Made by a program: the position numbers and the translations under genes
NCBI RefSeq assembly: GCF_003918875.1
Contig: NW_025766625.1
Coordinates: 1,178,001-1,242,000, forward strand
Source: Haliotis rubra
Lineage: Eukaryota
Direction of reading: 5' to 3'
DNA: 64,000 nt
Notes under the pieces: generated by a model
The model's database searches: none
Told to the model about the DNA's origin: nothing
Seen by the model: only the letters and a program-made list of their open reading frames with translations
Shown: positions 62,290-64,000 of the stretch, one piece after another
Layout: each line of letters starts with the position of its first letter
How positions within the stretch are numbered: position 1 is the stretch's first letter

Positions 62290-63930
62290 ACCCCGTCTCT
62301 ACCTGTGTTCACCCTGTCTCTACCTGTGTTCACCCCGTCTCTACCTGTGTTCACCCTGTCTGTACCTGTGTTCACCCCGTCTCTACCTGTGTTCACCCTG
62401 TCTGTACCTGTGTTCACCCCGTCTCTACCTGTGTTCACCTGTCTGTACCTGTGTTCACCCTGTCTGTACCTGTGTTCACCCTGTCTGTACCTGTGTTCAC
62501 CCTGTCTGTACCTGTGTTCACCCTGTCTGTACCTGTGTTCACCCCGTCTCTACCTGTGTTCACCCTGTCTGTACCTGTGTTCACCCCGTCTCTACCTGTG
62601 TTCACCCTGTCTGCACATGTGTTCAACCTGCCTGTACATGTGTTCACCCTGTCTGTACATGTGTTCACCCTGTCTGTACATGTGTTCACCCCGTCTCTAC
62701 CTGTGTTCACCCTGTCTGTACCTGTGTTCACCCCGTCTCTACCTGTGTTCACCCTGTCTGCACATGTGCTCACCCTGCCTGTACATGTGTTCACCCTGTC
62801 TGTACATGTGTTCACCCTGTCTGTACATGTGTTCACCCCGTCTCTACCTGTGTTCACCCTGTCTGTACCTGTGTTCACCCTGTCTGTACCTGTGTTCACC
62901 CTGTCTGTACCTGTGTTCACCCTGTCTGTACCTGTGTTCACCCCGTCTCTACCTGTGTTGACCCTGTCTGTACCTGTGTTCACCCCGTCTCTACCTGTGT
63001 TCACCCTGTCTGCACATGTGTTCACCCTGCCTGTACATGTGTTCACCCTGTCTGTACATGTGTTCACACCCTGTCTGTACCTGTTTTCACCCCGTCTTTA
63101 CCTGTGTTCACCCTGTCTGTACCTGTGTTCACCCCGTCTCTACCTGTGTTCACCCTGTTTGTACCTGTGTTCACCCTGTCTGTACCTGTGTTCACCCTGT
63201 CTGTACATGTGTTCACCCTGCCTGTACATGTGTTCACTCTCTCTGTACCTGTATTCACCCTCTCTGTACCTGTATTCAAGTTAAATTTGGGACTGTACAT
63301 TGGGCGCTGATACAAAGGTTTTTCAGTTTGTTTGGTACAGAATTTCAGTGTATTAGGAAACAGCCACACAGAACTTTCATCTGAGAAAATCACATTGTCC
63401 CAGTTAAAATGTCTATGCTGTAAGCACCAGTTCAACCTTCGCTCCTTTTGTTCAGGTTTCATGATCGGTGATAGAATTCCTCGACTTTTCGGCCAACCCA
63501 TTGCATGCAGCTCATCAGTTCTAATTGACTCCTTACAGACAGCCACAGTTCCTCTATCAATCATATCCAGCTTTAAGTTTTCTAAACTCTTTCGTTTGTT
63601 TTTAGAAACAAGAATACCAAGCCGCCTCCTGTCAACGACAGTGAATTTACCTGTATTCACTCCCCATGTACCTGTGTTCGCTCCCTCTGCACCAGTGTTC
63701 ACTCCCTCTGTACCTGTGTTCCTCCCTCTGCACCAGTGTTCCTCCCTCTGTACCTGTGTTCCTCCCTCCGCACCTGTATTCACTTCCTCCCTACCTGTAT
63801 TCACTCCCTCTGCGCCAGTGTTCACTCCCTCTGTACCTGTATCCACTTCCTCCCTACCTGTATTCACTCTCTCTGAACCCCTGTCCACTCTGTCCATTCC
63901 ATTCCTCTCTCTTGTACCCTGTGTTCACTC
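62290..63930. repeat. 21-bp minisatellite TACCTGTGTTCACCCTGTCTG, interrupted by a Tc1 fragment
   Basis: Tandem units at 62290..63275 and diverged units at 63650..63930. Confidence 0.92.
63279..63648 (-). mobile_element. Internal Tc1 transposase fragment (no TIRs), homologous to about 59655..60020
   Basis: VVDRRRLGILVSKNKRKSLENL...VIFSDESSVWLFPNTLKF on the - strand. Confidence 0.85.
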
Positions 63931-64000
63931 TCTATGCATGCAAGTTATCCTCTCTGAACCTGTGTTTTAGGAAACCATTCCAAGCCGCCTTCCATTATCA

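Noticed and set aside
62098-63384. Long repetitive ORFs on both strands
   Set aside because: Products of a stop-free 21-bp tandem repeat; no evidence of coding.

Overview
Eukaryotic, AT-rich, intron-containing genomic DNA. The SINE types and the expanded IAP family suggest a mollusc, possibly an abalone-like gastropod (inference). The window holds a cluster of five inhibitor-of-apoptosis (BIR-domain) genes whose exons can be reconstructed by hand. IAP-1 (-, <1..4060) has a long N-terminal extension, BIR-BIR-UBA, and runs off the window. IAP-2 (+, 7947..23351) reads BIR*-BIR-RING-BIR-RING after an internal duplication and has a 1-nt frameshift. IAP-3 (+, 28027..29488) has an open frame with an atypical BIR1 and a degenerate BIR2 and RING. 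IAP-4 (-, 41298..42919) has a single BIR. IAP-5 (-, 50985..55768) reads BIR*-degenerate BIR-UBA-RING. BIR* marks an atypical Cx2C-x(13-17)-Hx3C zinc-ligand spacing. The most striking object is an 8.9-kb retrovirus-like LTR element (14218..23104, - strand, GATG target duplication) inserted in the last RING exon of IAP-2. It encodes gag, then a single UAG in the TMV-type readthrough context UAG-CAA-UUA, then an in-frame protease ORF lacking RT, most of RNase H and the integrase core, then a class I fusion-type env. Its right-hand end also creates an in-frame splice acceptor that could splice the whole element out of the host IAP. The rest of the window is Tc1 and piggyBac-like transposons, Penelope remnants with minimal hammerhead motifs, a DIRS remnant, three SINE families and several minisatellite/satellite arrays.
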